A stretch of DNA of 63,782 nucleotides, counting the filler, from Intoshia linei (taxonomy: Eukaryota; Animalia; Orthonectida): assembly GCA_001642005.1 (NCBI GenBank). It is 6 parts of 6 records of this genome, joined end to end, with 100 filler letters (N's around TTAATTAATTAA, not from the genome) between each part and the next. Parts side by side here need not be neighbours in the genome. Positions count along the whole stretch, not along the records: positions 1 to 16,969 come from LWCA01000830.1; positions 17,070 to 27,522 come from LWCA01001264.1; 4 more parts are not named here. One strand, written 5' to 3'. Numbering within the stretch: position 1 is the first letter of the stretch; every line of letters begins with the position of its first letter. The notes under the pieces are model-generated. The model searched no databases, had not been told where the DNA came from, and worked only from the letters and a program-made list of their open reading frames with translations. Shown here one piece after another: positions 13,644 to 27,339 of the stretch. Position numbers and translations under genes: made by a program.

Positions 13644-14256
13644 CAGTCCAACCAGGTTTGGGTGAACCTCGGCAGCAGGCACCCTTTTGGAACAATTTTT
13701 CAATATTGTGTTAATTTCATAGTATTTTGTACAATTTTCTATAAATTAGTGTCAGATACACCTCGTTTTGGGGCACTTTATATTTTTACAAAAATTAAAT
13801 TATAACACAAAATAGAAATACTTAAATTAAAAACACTTAAGATAAAAAGTTATCTAGACGAAAACTATGTGTAATGTATGCAACAAGTAAAGGAACAATA
13901 TCTCGAATAAATAAGAAAATTGTACCATTTTTGTGTAATTTTGTTGTTTGATAAAGTTAATTTTGATAAACCAATACCGTCAACTAGCGGACCTAAATAT
14001 GTTGTTCTTTTTCTTTTGAAGATAATTTAAGATTTTTACATTTTTCAATACTATAAAAGTCTATTTTTTAAATAAATGCACTATTTTTTTGATGATAATT
14101 TTTTTATAATAATATTTAATGTAATAACTCATCAACGAATCATTATCAACTTTCTTAATCTGATTAAATATATCATTGTTTAATTAATTTAATAGATAAC
14201 AGAATTTTATCATTACCCCCAGTTTTGAGGCACTTTTCAAAAAAGGGGTTATACTG
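13644..14256. mobile_element. Tc1/mariner (pogo/Tigger-like) MITE; second left-end copy at ~38844-39000
   Basis: TA-CAGTCCAACC...GGGGTTATACTG-TA termini. About 130 bp are shared with 38844 onward ('gaacctcggcagc', 'cctcgttttg'). Confidence 0.6.
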
Positions 14257-14950
14257 TACTACAATTTAATTTCAAAAAAATTTTAAATTCTTGCAGCCAA
14301 CAAAAATCACCAAATATCTTATTTTTTCTTCAATCAAATTTTTCGAAAGTTATATATAATTATAGATTCTATATATACAAATGTATGTAGTGGTCGAATT
14401 TATAAGAACCAGATGATTTTACAATGGAATATTTCACTTTATATACTTCTGTCACAATTCATCATTTATTGTTGTAAAAATTAAAAACGAGTAATTTGCA
14501 TTGAACTCAGACAATTGTAATAACAGTAAGGCAGCACGGTATGTATCATAAAAGTATACAATATCGTAATGATAACAAATTTCAAAGTTACACATATATA
14601 TAATGTATATATTATTCACTATAAATATTGTAAATCTTATGTACGTAAAAAAATATATATGTTAATATCGTTTAAGTTAAGGGTTATTCATTTTATCATT
14701 AATATCATGTAGTTGTATGAGATTATTATTACTCACATACAGTTAGTATACAATTGACTTTTGTTTGTATTGGAATTTACACGAAATTGGACAAAATTAT
14801 AAAGTAGATTCACTACTTCCGTGACATTAATGCGACAGCAAATTGTACATAATATAAATAGTATTAATACTAAACAATTCATCATTGATACAATATAATT
14901 TTTAATCATAGCACATTTTTATCGAATAAACTGAATTAAAAAATTACAAA

Positions 14951-16969
14951 ATGTTGAGAATATGTATTTTGATTGCGCTTCTAGCTGTTTCAATCCAATC
15001 AATATGTAATTTAAATAAAATTTAAATTCATATTTTAAAATACAGATGAATGTGATTTTTCAAAAAATTTATGTAAAAGCAATTCCGACAGTTGGTACCT
15101 ATCGAAAGGTATTATAATAGATGGAGAATCATTGTATGCATATACTGATGCAACCAATTCCATGTATTATTTATAAACTTACTTAGGGATGGGATTCGCT
15201 TAAAAATGATTAACGTTCACATAACAAAAAAACACATTTCCTGATGAAAATATATTGAATAATTTGAATATAATAAAATAAATGAAAAATATATATAATA
15301 ATAATTAAAATATTTTTTAATGTAAATTGCAAAAACACTATATGTATAACGTTATATCTTATTTTTTTGTTAAATCCCATCCCTAATTTAAATAAATGTA
15401 ATTATCATTGTGCATTGCATAATTATAATCCACTAAGGTTTATTATAAATTATAATGAATCCATTATATTAATTTATGAAATGATAGTAATCTTAAAATA
15501 TTAAATATTTAGATTAAGTTTTCCTATTGAAAATCTTTCCGTTTCTTTTTGTATAACATTTGAATATTTCTTAAACAATAACAATAATAAACTCATATTT
15601 GGATCAAAAAATTCCATAAATGGAAAATTCAATGATTGGGCATCTCAGCCATTATTAAATCCAAATAAATGGACTACGGAACAAATTTATCTTGATATAA
15701 AACCATTTATTAATAATAATGTAAATAGAAGATAATATTTTTAAAAATTCTAAATAGATTGGTTTTGTTGGTTTTGTATACGATGTCAATGAATTTATAG
15801 CAATTAAATACATGGAAATGTTTGCTGGAACTTGTGGTAATTTTAAATTTAATTAAATTTTCAACTTTTAGAATAATAATATTTTTAGAGGAAAGAAATC
15901 AACAATATAAACGTAATATAAAAATCATTAAAAACATATAAAATGTATATTATTATGTATTTATATAATACCAATCATATTTAATTTTACTGATAATAAA
16001 AAAACTAACGTATTGAGGGGAAATATTGAAAAATTAAAAAACATTCATGACATGATGAAAATAATTAAAACTTGATGATTTAAATTTAAACTTAACGTAG
16101 ATTTATGAAAACCCCCATGCAGAAATCATTGTGAACATAATAAAATATGATAATAATTATAATTACATTTTGTATACATGTTAATAAAAATGATGGGAGC
16201 GAAAAATTATAAATGATATGTATATGTGGTAAATTGTCTTCATAAAAAAATCGTTTACTGGGAAAATTTAATAGTATATTTTCATGATTCCCGTATAAAT
16301 AATATTCATTGCTTTTACTATATCCCTTACTGGGTTCAAACAAGAAAATGTAAACGGCACATTTGAATGATGCAATACAAATTCTTCACTAATAATAATA
16401 GTAATGTAGTATTAAAATTTTATATTTTTTCTGAAATCACAAAACTGCGGTATACCTATTCAAGTCCGATATTTAAACATAGCTGATTTATCAAAATACT
16501 ATACTTTAAAAATTAGTTTGTACGACGGGAAATATGTCCGCTGTCATAATTATGATAATTGATACATGATAAATGATTTGATTCTTAAATAGTATTTCCT
16601 GCAATATTGTATTATTTGTTTTATTATTATTTTTAGATAAACGATCAATAGAAGATGAATTAGAATCAAGCAATGTTGATGAAATTTTGGCATTTCACAC
16701 TCCATTGGAAATACCAAATATAGTACTAGAAAAAATTATACCGGACCAAGTATATGAATATCGTCATAACCAACACAAAGACCATGTAAATGAACACGAA
16801 AATGACCAGCATGGTATACGTCATTATGGAGAAGACAAATATGTTAATTTTCATGACCAAATTGGTACCCATCATCATGAAAACCGCTACAATAATGATA
16901 ACCATGACCACTACAGGCACCATCATGGCCATGATAATTACGGAGATCATGGTCACGTGGATATGCATA
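14951..16969 (+). CDS. Secreted MAM-domain protein, probably continuing into a KR site and a His-rich tail; 3' end lost in the gap
   Basis: Signal peptide MLRICILIALLAVSIQS. MAM-like motifs CDFSKNLC..W, FCITFEY, NKWTTEQIYL and IGFVG...FIAIKYMEMFAGTC. The phase-1 donor matches the phase-1 acceptor at 16637, which opens KRSIEDELE...His-rich. Confidence 0.7.
15184..15385. mobile_element. Short hAT-like MITE in an intron of the MAM gene
   Basis: 13-bp TIR TAGGGATGGGATT...AATCCCATCCCTA; TSD not preserved. Confidence 0.55.
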
Positions 16970-17069
16970 NNNNNNNNNNNNNNNNNNNNNNNNNNNNNNN
17001 NNNNNNNNNNNNNTTAATTAATTAANNNNNNNNNNNNNNNNNNNNNNNNNNNNNNNNNNNNNNNNNNNN
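16970..17069. other. Assembly gap with six-frame-stop linker (also 27523-27622, 58425-58524, 59970-60069, 62224-62323)
   Basis: Identical N-run, TTAATTAATTAA, N-run structure, 100 nt each. Confidence 0.97.
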
Positions 17070-17630
17070 GAAAAATTTTTTAGGGGGCGTTGAGAAAATA
17101 TATTGCTAAAAAGGGGGCGGTAGACCAAATGAGTTTGGGAACTTTTGCTTTACATCAGGGGTTCCCAAACTCATTTGGTCTACCGCCCCCTTTTTACCAA
17201 GATTTTTTCAACGCCCCCTTGAAAAAATTTTCCGTTACGTCGTATAATATGTATTTAAAAATTTAGCCAATAATTATTAATAAATCAATTTTTTTTTTTG
17301 ATACATATTCAACCAATCAGATATTTACCAAGTCGATATTTAATAGTAATCAAAATTATACTATATAATTATATATGTTGTATAGAATGTGTATAACTGT
17401 GAAATGTACACATTCTATACCACATATATGTCAATTAAAAAATAATATATTTAGTACTGTCACTTTATTTCAGTATATCACAAACTTGCCATAAAAATCT
17501 CACCTTACAACCAAAAAATTCATCAACGCCAACGTCTATATTATATACTAGAACTATATCATATTTTTTAAAATCATTCTTTAAATCAATCGCCCTGGGG
17601 CGATATCGCCCACTTTGGTAACTTCTACAT
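17070..17630. mobile_element. Two hAT-type MITE ends in head-to-head orientation, forming a ~160-bp palindrome
   Basis: 17070-17147 is the reverse complement of 17156-17232. Spacer is CTTTACAT (8 bp). The element starting CAGGGGTTCCCAAACT ends near 17625 (cccactttggtaac). Confidence 0.7.
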
Positions 17631-17691
17631 TGTAGAGAAATGGCAAATTATAAAAAGAGTACTGTATCTAATTTACTTTAATAATTTGTAT

Positions 17692-17880
17692 TTACTTTAA
17701 TAAATCCACGGCACTATCGATTATATCTTTATCAATATTTATTACATGAAACTGTTCAATTTCATCATCGACGGAGGTATGTACAATTTTTTCAAGTATA
17801 AATTCATCCAAAATATTGTCCAACATTTTTAAAAATTTTAATTGAGCCAATTTCACAAAATGAAATGTATTGCTATACAA
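17692..17880 (-). CDS. Possible orphan exon, unknown product
   Basis: Open 62-codon acidic, protein-like frame (ILDEFILEKIVHTSVDDEIEQF). No recognisable motif. Confidence 0.25.
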   Translation of the reverse strand: MYSNTFHFVKLAQLKFLKMLDNILDEFILEKIVHTSVDDEIEQFHVINIDKDIIDSAVDLLK

Positions 17881-18494
17881 TTTTAAATTTTATGAAATCA
17901 TAGTTCACATGTCTAGGTAATAAAAACAATTAAAATGAAATGTTTGTAGTTTATATTGTCTCGATAACACTAACGCTTAGAGTTATTAAGTTTATAATTG
18001 CCAAAAGGTTCATAAGAATGAATGTATAACTATTGATATATTAATTTTTATAATAAAAAAATCAAGATTCTTGAATATTTTCAAATATTTTTTTATTTTT
18101 CATTATAAAATAGAGTAAGGTAACCCTTATTAGTGCCGTTAATCGATATAGGATGTATACCGGTTAGATCGTATATAAAATTAAAATATTAAACGAAATG
18201 TCAAAAAGAATTTTCACTTTAAATTTTCAAAATATTGCCGTTTTAAATTTTGATATAATAAAAATCTTTTTAAATATTGAATATATGATAGATAACATTT
18301 TAACGTAATCTTTATGTCAAATTAAACAAGTTGGTATTTTGTTGTCAACAGCTTTTACATGTCTGCTTATAAAAAACAAAATTTCTATAAATTTGATTAA
18401 CTGTTTTAAATGCAACTGCAAAATAAATAGACAAATACTATACATTATAACATTTGATACATAGCTCGGTTTGTTCTTAAAGAAACAGATTCAA

Positions 18495-21252
18495 ATGAAC
18501 ACAAGTTTAATTAAAAAAGAAAATAACAGAGAGGGGTTGAAGATTGTAATGTAATTTTTTAAATGTACACTTGAAAAACGTATATTTAGGCGTATATGTA
18601 CGTTCTTCATTCTGCCTCAATTCATTTCTTTGGCCATCGCGACTACTGCAATTACATCTGAATACCTAATTTTAGAAAACGTAGAAGTACCCAGTTGTAA
18701 ATATCCCATTTCACTAAAAAAATATGTATAGTCCAAAACACTCTATCATACATTGCTGTCTTTATAATGTATTCAATATTTCATTTTTCAAGGACTAAAT
18801 TTCTAAAAACAAAAGGGGAGCAAATATTTTATTTTCTAAAAAGAAAACAAACTCTGTATTGTTTTCTTTTGTCAATTCTTGACGTGTTTGCAAATTACAT
18901 GATTGTAAAAGCTTACCAGCATGCTACGATCACAACAGTCCAGGTTGGTAGAATTTTATATAAATTATGAATTTATTTAGTTGTTGGATACGTTCATTAT
19001 ACCCACCGTAATAGTTGCATCTATTGTGATTCTGAAAACACTATATAGTTGGTTGCATTTTTTAGCAACATTTATAGCTGTTTTCGGAATGGGGATGTTT
19101 GTTTATGCCAATTATCTTGTAATTGAATCAGGTTATTTTAATATTTATCCAATTAGTTTTTATGCATTTGTTAGGTCATAATAGTGTCACCGGTTATGTT
19201 TTAACAATATCTGCTGCTGTATTTTATGGGCTGCAAAATGTTAATCAAGAAAAATTATTACAGAATATTGGACAATGTCAATATCTTACATATACAGCCT
19301 TTTTTTCAATTATTATTAGTTCTATTTTAACGTATTTTTCCTTCAATTAGAAACATTTTTTTATTTATGTAGTTCACCACCCTACTTTAAAGTATGATGG
19401 TAGGAATTTAATTTTCAATATTTCCTAAATCTCATCAATTAAGTAAATTTCCTTTATTTTCGGATTCAATCTATATTTTTTATTTCAAATAAAAAAAATA
19501 AATATAAAATTAATTATCATAATTATTAATTAAATTATAAAAATAAATTATTAATAAAATAAATGTTTTTCATTTTGACGTGAGTCTCATGTTGAGATGC
19601 AAAAGATGATGAATGATTAAAATTTCTTATATCTTCTGAGTAATATTTGATGTAGCTCTTGTTCTTAAAAAAGGTCTAATCTTTTAATGTTTTTATACGA
19701 TTTACCCTGATAAATGGGCGGGTTGTCTTTGATATATGGCACGGTGCTTTATCTTGCTGCATCTTCATTCCATGGAAAAAATTTTTCTCATTTCCAAGGA
19801 TTCTCTGGTATTCTTGAGCGTTTACTCCTCCTTCACATTTAATCAATATTCTTTTTCCATCTGCCCTATTACCTCCACATATCATAATTAATATTATGTT
19901 TTATGCTTTTACTTGTGTACCTTGACAAAAACATTGTTTTTTGGGTCTTCGTACATATACTCTTCAATTTGAAAACAATTCAAATCTACTTTCATTAGTA
20001 AAGGCTACATTTTGCCATTGGTTTGTCCATGCCACTTTTGCTTTACATTATTTTAAATGCTTTGATCTGTGAATTTTTTTCAGAAACGGTTTTCGACTTG
20101 CAATTCTTTCATATAATCCAAATCTATATAATACACGTTGCACCGTCCTCAAATTTGGATTTTTGGAATTATTTGAGTGGTGTTTGACCTTCAAAGCTGT
20201 CAAGAATGGGTTTTTAATTTATTCCCTTTTTATAATAGCCTCTTCCCTAAATGTTAGCATGCGTTTTCTACCTGATATTGGCAAGTCAGCTATGCCTAAC
20301 CCCTTTTTATATTTTTTTAATTATATTTTGAACTTCACATCGAGACATTATTAAGGTTTTACTTATAAAAACCTGACTTTTTCCTTTCTTGAATAAGGAC
20401 TCAACATTGCATTTTTTTTCGTCACTTATGCGCGTCATTTACTAAACTAAAAATAATATTTCATTTATATATCATTACATTTTAGTTTTTATTGAAATTT
20501 AATTAGTTTAATTGAAATTATGAAGGTGTCTAAGACTTATGTCGGTCGGAATTTTAATTACAAATACCTATATTTCATTAATTATTAAATTTTTTTTATA
20601 GTTGTTAAATATTTGTTCTTGATCATACACTAGATATGATATAAGAAAATGTCTTAAATCATGAACCAGAAATGTTTAAATTAATTACAATGGGGTGCCT
20701 AAGACTGTCGCGCACTGTATATTTGGTTAGACTGGAAAACAGGAGTGCTAAATCAGTGTTTCCTCTTATTATTGCGACCGGTGGAAAGAAATAACTTTTT
20801 TTTTTAAATTTATGAAACATGATATAAAATTGTAGATTGTCGCTAGAATCAAAAAAGATTCAAAACATTGATTTCCATAATTCAAATACAAGTAAATATA
20901 CTTATAATTATAATTACAAAACCTTAGTAATGTATTTGAGTATATACGTATTATCAATGGGATTTCTGTATAGTATTATACCAATTGTTCTACGAAATGC
21001 AGGAGCATGTGTACTAAACCTCAATATACTTTCGTCGGACGTGTATTCTTTGCTAGCGGGAATATACTTTTTTCACAATGATGTAATTATTAAATTTTAT
21101 TAATTAATTTTTAGTTTATGTATATGCATTTCATTGGATTTGGAATAATCATTTTAGGAATATTGATATTTAATATTCAAAGAACCAAACAAACGATTAA
21201 TAAAAAAACGGTAGAAACACCAAACGAAGAATCATCACATCTAAATGTGTAA
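18495..21252 (+). CDS. SLC35F: Solute carrier family 35 member F1/F2-like transporter
   Basis: PQFISLAIATTAITSEYL, DVFANYMIVKAYQHATITTVQLLDTFIIP, FYGLQNVNQEKL, LNLNILSSDVYSL. The intron 19332-20835 holds a Tc1 remnant. Confidence 0.92.
19600..20717 (-). mobile_element. Decayed Tc1-family transposon in the SLC35F intron
   Basis: End TA-CAGTG with an internal direct repeat (ggtgcctaagact / ggtgtctaagact). Frameshifted transposase from ATG ~20438 includes ASRKPFL, WQNVAFTNESRFEL and MQQDKAPCH. Confidence 0.85.
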
Positions 21253-21259
21253 TTTTTAT

Positions 21260-24200
21260 TTAATAATAAACAACATTGTATTTGTCTAACATAGAATTAG
21301 CTTCTTTGACTATAACATTATCTTTAAATTCTTTATTTGCTTCTTTGTTCATTTTCTATGAAAATGTATAATTTCATCACAATAAATATTTACCTTTTCT
21401 AGCAATACATTTTCATAAAATACTTTGTTTTTCAACTTCCTCTTTGATTCCAGTGCTTGAATTACACGTTGATATTTCCATCCAGTTTCGTGTGCCAATC
21501 GTCCCAATTGACAGCACTTTAATAATATATTACTATACAACTTTAAAATACCTTTCGTTTCGGTTTAACACGAAGACACCTCAAACAAGAATTTACAACA
21601 TATCTTTTCGTTTGATCGAACGGTGGAGGTATTCCATCATACGTTTTCAATTTATCAAAAGCTTTCTGACCACGTGCAGTTTTATGTGGCAACATACCTA
21701 AAATTAACAATTAAAATAAAAACAATAACAATTTCGGGTTGTTTATTATCAATTAGAAAACGACAATTATTATCGAATATTTTATGAACATGTTTAAAAA
21801 AACACAAAAATGTATCAAAACGGTCGTAGCGCGAATGTACCATTTTTTAGTTCGTATAGGGTTAAAGCAGGGTTTCCACACTTTATTTAATAGCGGACAT
21901 ATACATCGAAATTACTAAACAACATTAAGAAAATTTGATAAAAACGTAATATATTCATTTATAATTACTAAAAAATGTTTCAAAATTATTTCGCGGACCG
22001 ACATTCTGAAAAATTTAACAAAAGTAGTTTGACCCGACAAAATTTTTATTATTAAATAAGATATCGCTTAACAAAAGGTGAGAAACAATTGACAACACAT
22101 AAGTGGATTTACTATAAATTTTCAAAATTATAATTATAGCTCTTAGCAGTGCTGAACCTACCGAGACCCTCTTCGGGACCTGGACAAAAATTTTCTAAAA
22201 TGGTGCCTTCATTTTTCAAATTTTGCATTAAAAAATGGTATTCTTGAATATTACACTAGACAACATTGCATAACAATAATACCATCTTGTAGATAATTTA
22301 GCGCTGATTTTAATGATATAATATATTTATAAATTTTAGTTCATATAATTCATTTATTAACACTTTTAATGTTAAAAAAAATAACGAAGCTTCACTTCAA
22401 TTCTAAAATTGACCAATTATATTATTCAAAATAATGTTTACTTTAAAAAAAATAAAGTTTTTTAAGTTTGAATATTTATTTATTAATTTAAAATGCATGT
22501 CTACAAAATAAACGAAACATATTATTGCTTTTGATGTAGTATATATTTGCCAAACACTAAAAAATGTTACTCTATAACTGATAAATGTAAAAATTTGATA
22601 ATGCAAATATACAGTTTAATATACGAGAATCAACTTTAATATCCCTCCAATCTATATCAAACGTGCCATTCGTCTATAATGAGATTTGTGACACCTAGAA
22701 TATGAAAACATTCAGAAAGTGCGAATGACTGCTATTTCTGTATTCTGAAAAAAAAAAAACAAATAAATTAAGCTTCACTCTTATCTGGCCACCATAAGAA
22801 ATTAAATTAAATGAAAAAAAATTAAATTTATTAATATATATTTTTTTAAACATCAATAGCTAAAAATATCGAACTAAATCTTTTCCGTAAATCTGAATTT
22901 AGACACTAAAATGTATTGTTAAAAGGTTAATTATAACTCATATCAGATGTTCATCCTGTTAAAGCGCCTATCGTCAGTTAAATTTTTGTACACCTGTAAT
23001 TTATTTAATATTCATTTCTTTTTAATTTAAATGTGATCATGTAATTATCCGCTATCAATTCCATATATATTGAAAAAAATTTAAATATCTCATTATAAAC
23101 TATAATTAAATTAAAAATTAAAAAACTAAAATTAATTGAAATAGCTTAGTTGCTATGATGTTGTCAATCATTATCTTTTAATAGCAAACTGTAAAATTAA
23201 AAAGAGAAGTATCATGTTGATCAAGAAAATTTCAGCTTTTTATTTGTATGGGTCTCATGCAGACCCTCGAAAAAAGTTTTCATTTTGTTGTCTAGTGTTA
23301 TAAATATTATAAATATTTTGTGTTCAAAATTTAAAATGTCAATCAAGAACCATAGAGAGGTAATTATGAGTTATATGACACTGCATAGTTTGTGAAAAAA
23401 TTTTTATTTCCCATTTCCTTGAGGTGGAACGTTCGGGTTCAACTGTGAAGACCACAAATCATAATTTTCAATCATTGTAGTCATTGATCATGGCATAAAC
23501 GTTTTTGGTATTGAATTAATTAAAAGATCTTATAAATATTATATTACAATTATTAAAATAATATTTATGAAAATTATTTTTTTAAAAAACAAAAATTTTT
23601 ATCGTTAACGACAAAATTGCAATTTACTAAATTTTAATATTTTTATCGATATAATCAAATTATTCACGTTAATAATCCTCCTGTATGCATCTATAAATTA
23701 ATAACCTCGAACTGATTTAATAAATATTTTCGAAGGTGCTTTAAAGTGGAATGGTCCTTTAGTGTGATTTGTGTTGGTTCGCTTATTCATCTTGTCCAAT
23801 CTTTTCACTAAATATTGAAATAATTATATATTAAAGTTCATTACCTTTATTTCGATAAAAACTGCCTGAAATCATTATATCTTCACATCTAACTACTACT
23901 ATATCCTGGCCTAAAATCAACAAATTATAAATTACGATAAAAAGATAGAATAAGTTAAAATAAGAATAGAAATAAATATTAAAATATATATATTAAAATA
24001 AGAATTAAAAGATAGAATAATTAAGAGATAATGTTAATAAAAAATAATTTAAAACTTTTCCATTGATTCCGACTCAAAAATTATGAACTGACCGAATTCA
24101 AAATTGAAAAATTTGATTTTCACGTTTGAATATTAGGAGTCTCAATATAGAATAAACGGGGTGGTGTTTATACATTAAAGATTATTATTTACGTTAACAT

Positions 24201-24381
24201 GCCACATAATATAAAATGGATAAATTTAAAATTGTATAAAGCTGTAATATACCTTGCAATAATTTTTTAGCAATAAATGCTGCTAATCTTCCTTTCAAGT
24301 GTCCTCTTCCGTCAATAACCAATTGCTAGAGATTATGTGTTAAGTTTAACTTTTAAATCATACCTTGTTTAAAAAACTCAT
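21260..24381 (-). CDS. RPL13A: 60S ribosomal protein L13a (uL13)
   Basis: [81 protein letters not shown]. Seven exons, with a ~2-kb fourth intron. Confidence 0.97.
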
Positions 24382-24898
24382 TATCGTTAACAAAAATGTG
24401 ATTTTATCCAATAAAGTTAACTTTTTATTAAAATAAATATATATTTATTGTTACTAACAATTTGTTAGTACACTACAGTAGTTCTGAATATCACTCACCT
24501 TCGTGAGAAAAATATTTACTCAAATTGAGTACACTCACTGTAACATTTGCTAATTAATAATAATTATAACTGTAATATTTTTGTAACTTCTTGTATTTTT
24601 TTAAGTATTTCATACATATTCAACATTAAAAATTATTAATTAATCTAAAACACTACAGTGCATAGTGGTAACTTGGCCAATTTTCAGAGACAAGTAAATT
24701 TCTATTATGGAAGCTAATGACAAGAAATTCTCAGGTCCTACATCTACGGCATAGATTCTACGTCCATTGTATTAAACATATCTGAGATATTAAATTTTAA
24801 AAACATTCATCTAATTTTACGACAATGTACGTTAAAAGTAAACCTAATTTAAAACAAAATAATACATTTTAGAAAACTATAACCTAGTAAATGTAAAC

Positions 24899-26700
24899 AT
24901 GTATGAAAAAAAAGATTTAAAATATGAATTGTTACACGAACCTGTATTCCCTAAATGTGGGCGTCTTTATAAATGGTTACAAGTATCATTTACAAAATAA
25001 ACGTAATTTTAAAATAGGTATGAAGAACGTTTCAGAACAAAATATTTAAAAAATTTACACAAAAACAAGCCGTACAGATTTTTAAATGCTCACGACTGGA
25101 AATTTATCAAATCCGGTACAGACGATTTCCGGGATGGAAGTCCTGTAAAAATTGACGATAGTTTTATAATTAATGTAATATTTACTTGTCAAAAATATAA
25201 AATTAATTCAGAAAACTGGAAACTGTCGTCCAAATATTTTGAGTCATTTTAGTCAAATATTAAACAAGCGTCTCAGAAGCTTGTCAAGTAAACACGTGGC
25301 CAATTTAACGAACCAAGAAAAGTTTTACATGTATCAATTTCCATCCAAAAATCGGCGCACTAATTATATAAATCAAGTCATCATGAGTTTAATGATTCAC
25401 CCTCTCGCCATCTTCCCGCATCTTGAAAATAGTCTCCCTCAAAATGTACGTACAAATTACATTTTAGGTAATTAAAGTATTCATTTTTAGATTTTTGAAG
25501 ATATTGTTAACCTCCTTGATCCAGATTTGATAGTTTGCGACTTCTCTGGAGAAGTCTCTTCAAATGAATTTAAAATAACGTCAGAATTAGATGATGATAA
25601 TGATGAATTTAAAGGAATTAGGTAAACGATAATGTAGAACAGGGGTAGGCACCATTTTCACTGTGACCAAATCTGAATAAATTAATATGCCTAATAGCTT
25701 CCAAAATTTTGTGCCGCCTTGATGTTAAACATTCACATGTATTTCATTTTACATAATAGTGATGCAATCAGCCTAGAAGACAAAGTATACAGATGGTTAA
25801 CTTTTGCCGAAAAAGATAATTCTGATACATTTTCAAAAAACGTTAAAAACGTTCCAGATGAAATTAATCAAAGTGTAATTTAGATTTTTTTCATAGTTTA
25901 TTTTTGTTTAGAAATCTCACATTAAAAAAGTTACTAGAGATTTTTGTGAATGGGTTAAATCTCTTGGAGGAGATACTAATATCGATGAAAAGTTTGAACA
26001 TTAATAATTAAATGTAACCTTTTTAGAACACTGGCAGGATTGTTTTCTTCTGGCTACGATGTGAATCCTGGAATGTCTTCAAATATTCAAGTGGTAGATT
26101 TATGTAACGTACCCACTGATTTGAAAGACGATGGTATCAAAGATCAGTCCAATTCCAAAATACTTAATGGGTATTTACCGGATTTGCATAATGAAAAGGT
26201 AATCAAATTGATTGAACAAAGTTATTGTAAAAAAAGTTATTTGGGTTTTTGACCGTGAAGATGCAAATTGATATTTTTTTCTGTACCGGAAAAAAATTAG
26301 TTTTAATTTTGTTTTCGTAATTTTATGGTACAGCTAATTTTCTAAATAAATGGATACACAGACACACTTTTTAACAGCTAATTGAAAGGATCAACTTTTT
26401 TAGTAAACTTTTACTTTATATCTAATTCTATCTATTTCTATGGATATTATTATTATGTTACTTTTAAATATTACTTATATGATGTGTATTAGCAAACCAC
26501 AAAAAGCACAGATGAGTATAAAAAAAAAAAAAAGAAATATGGCAAGTGGTATGTCAATCCATCTCAATGGAATGAAATAATGAAACAAGATAGTATGCCA
26601 CTTAATCAAAAGCTCGACTATTTAACAAACCCCAACAGTCCTAGATCGTCTTTTAATACAATACAAGATTTGGTAATTATGCAATTTTTATATTAAATAA
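24899..26700 (+). CDS. FAM47: FAM47 family (FAM47E-like) protein; start and last exon uncertain
   Basis: KWYEERFRTKY, WKFIKSGTDDFRDG, HPLAIFPHLE, VTRDFCEWVKSLGG, LFSSGY, YGKWYVNPSQW all match motifs characteristic of FAM47 proteins. Confidence 0.8.
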
Positions 26701-27339
26701 TACATTATCAATATATTCTCCATTATATTATTTATTAGAGAATGAGTGTATAATTTTAAAAATAAAGTCAAAACAGTACAATCCTAAAAATTGTCATAAA
26801 TAGCTTAAATTCCAGAAAAAATAAAATTGTAAATAAACCTGTATTTCGTTTTTTAATCACTGCTGGTATATATTCAATGTCTGCTTTCGATGAGTAAAAA
26901 ATATCAAAATAAATATAAAAATAACAAAGTTGTACTTTGTACTTCGTTGTTGTAGTTTTAGACAAAATTTTGTACAAAGTATTTTAAATTTTTTGAAAAT
27001 GAATATTTGAGAATCAGAAATTTCGTAGCAATAAAAAAAAGGGTCTTTCGTATTTTAGAACCCATAATTTGAAGATTTTATATAAACTGTATTGAAAAAA
27101 TAAATATTGTCATAACACCACCAAATTAAATTATAATTTATTGAATTTATCGTATATTTTATAATGAGCATGGATATTTCGAGTTTAGATGATTATAATT
27201 GATAATAGAAATACAAAAAATGTAAATAAAATATTTAACACATTCATTACGTGTGAATTGTATAATACGAGTGTATTCAACAACATTCAAATTATTTATC
27301 ACTATTAATATTGAAATAAACTTGTTATTAAATTTATTA

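Noticed and set aside
16726-17017. Met/Ile/Thr-rich ORFs overlapping the His-rich exon
   Set aside because: Alternative-frame and antisense shadows of CAT/GAT-rich codons.
16970-17069. TTAATTAATTAA motif repeated five times between N runs
   Set aside because: Artificial six-frame-stop scaffolding linker, not biology.
21699-24252. Intronic C/D snoRNAs in RPL13A (vertebrate RPL13A hosts U32-U35)
   Set aside because: No convincing C box/D box pair with terminal stem and rRNA guide found by eye; needs snoscan or Infernal.
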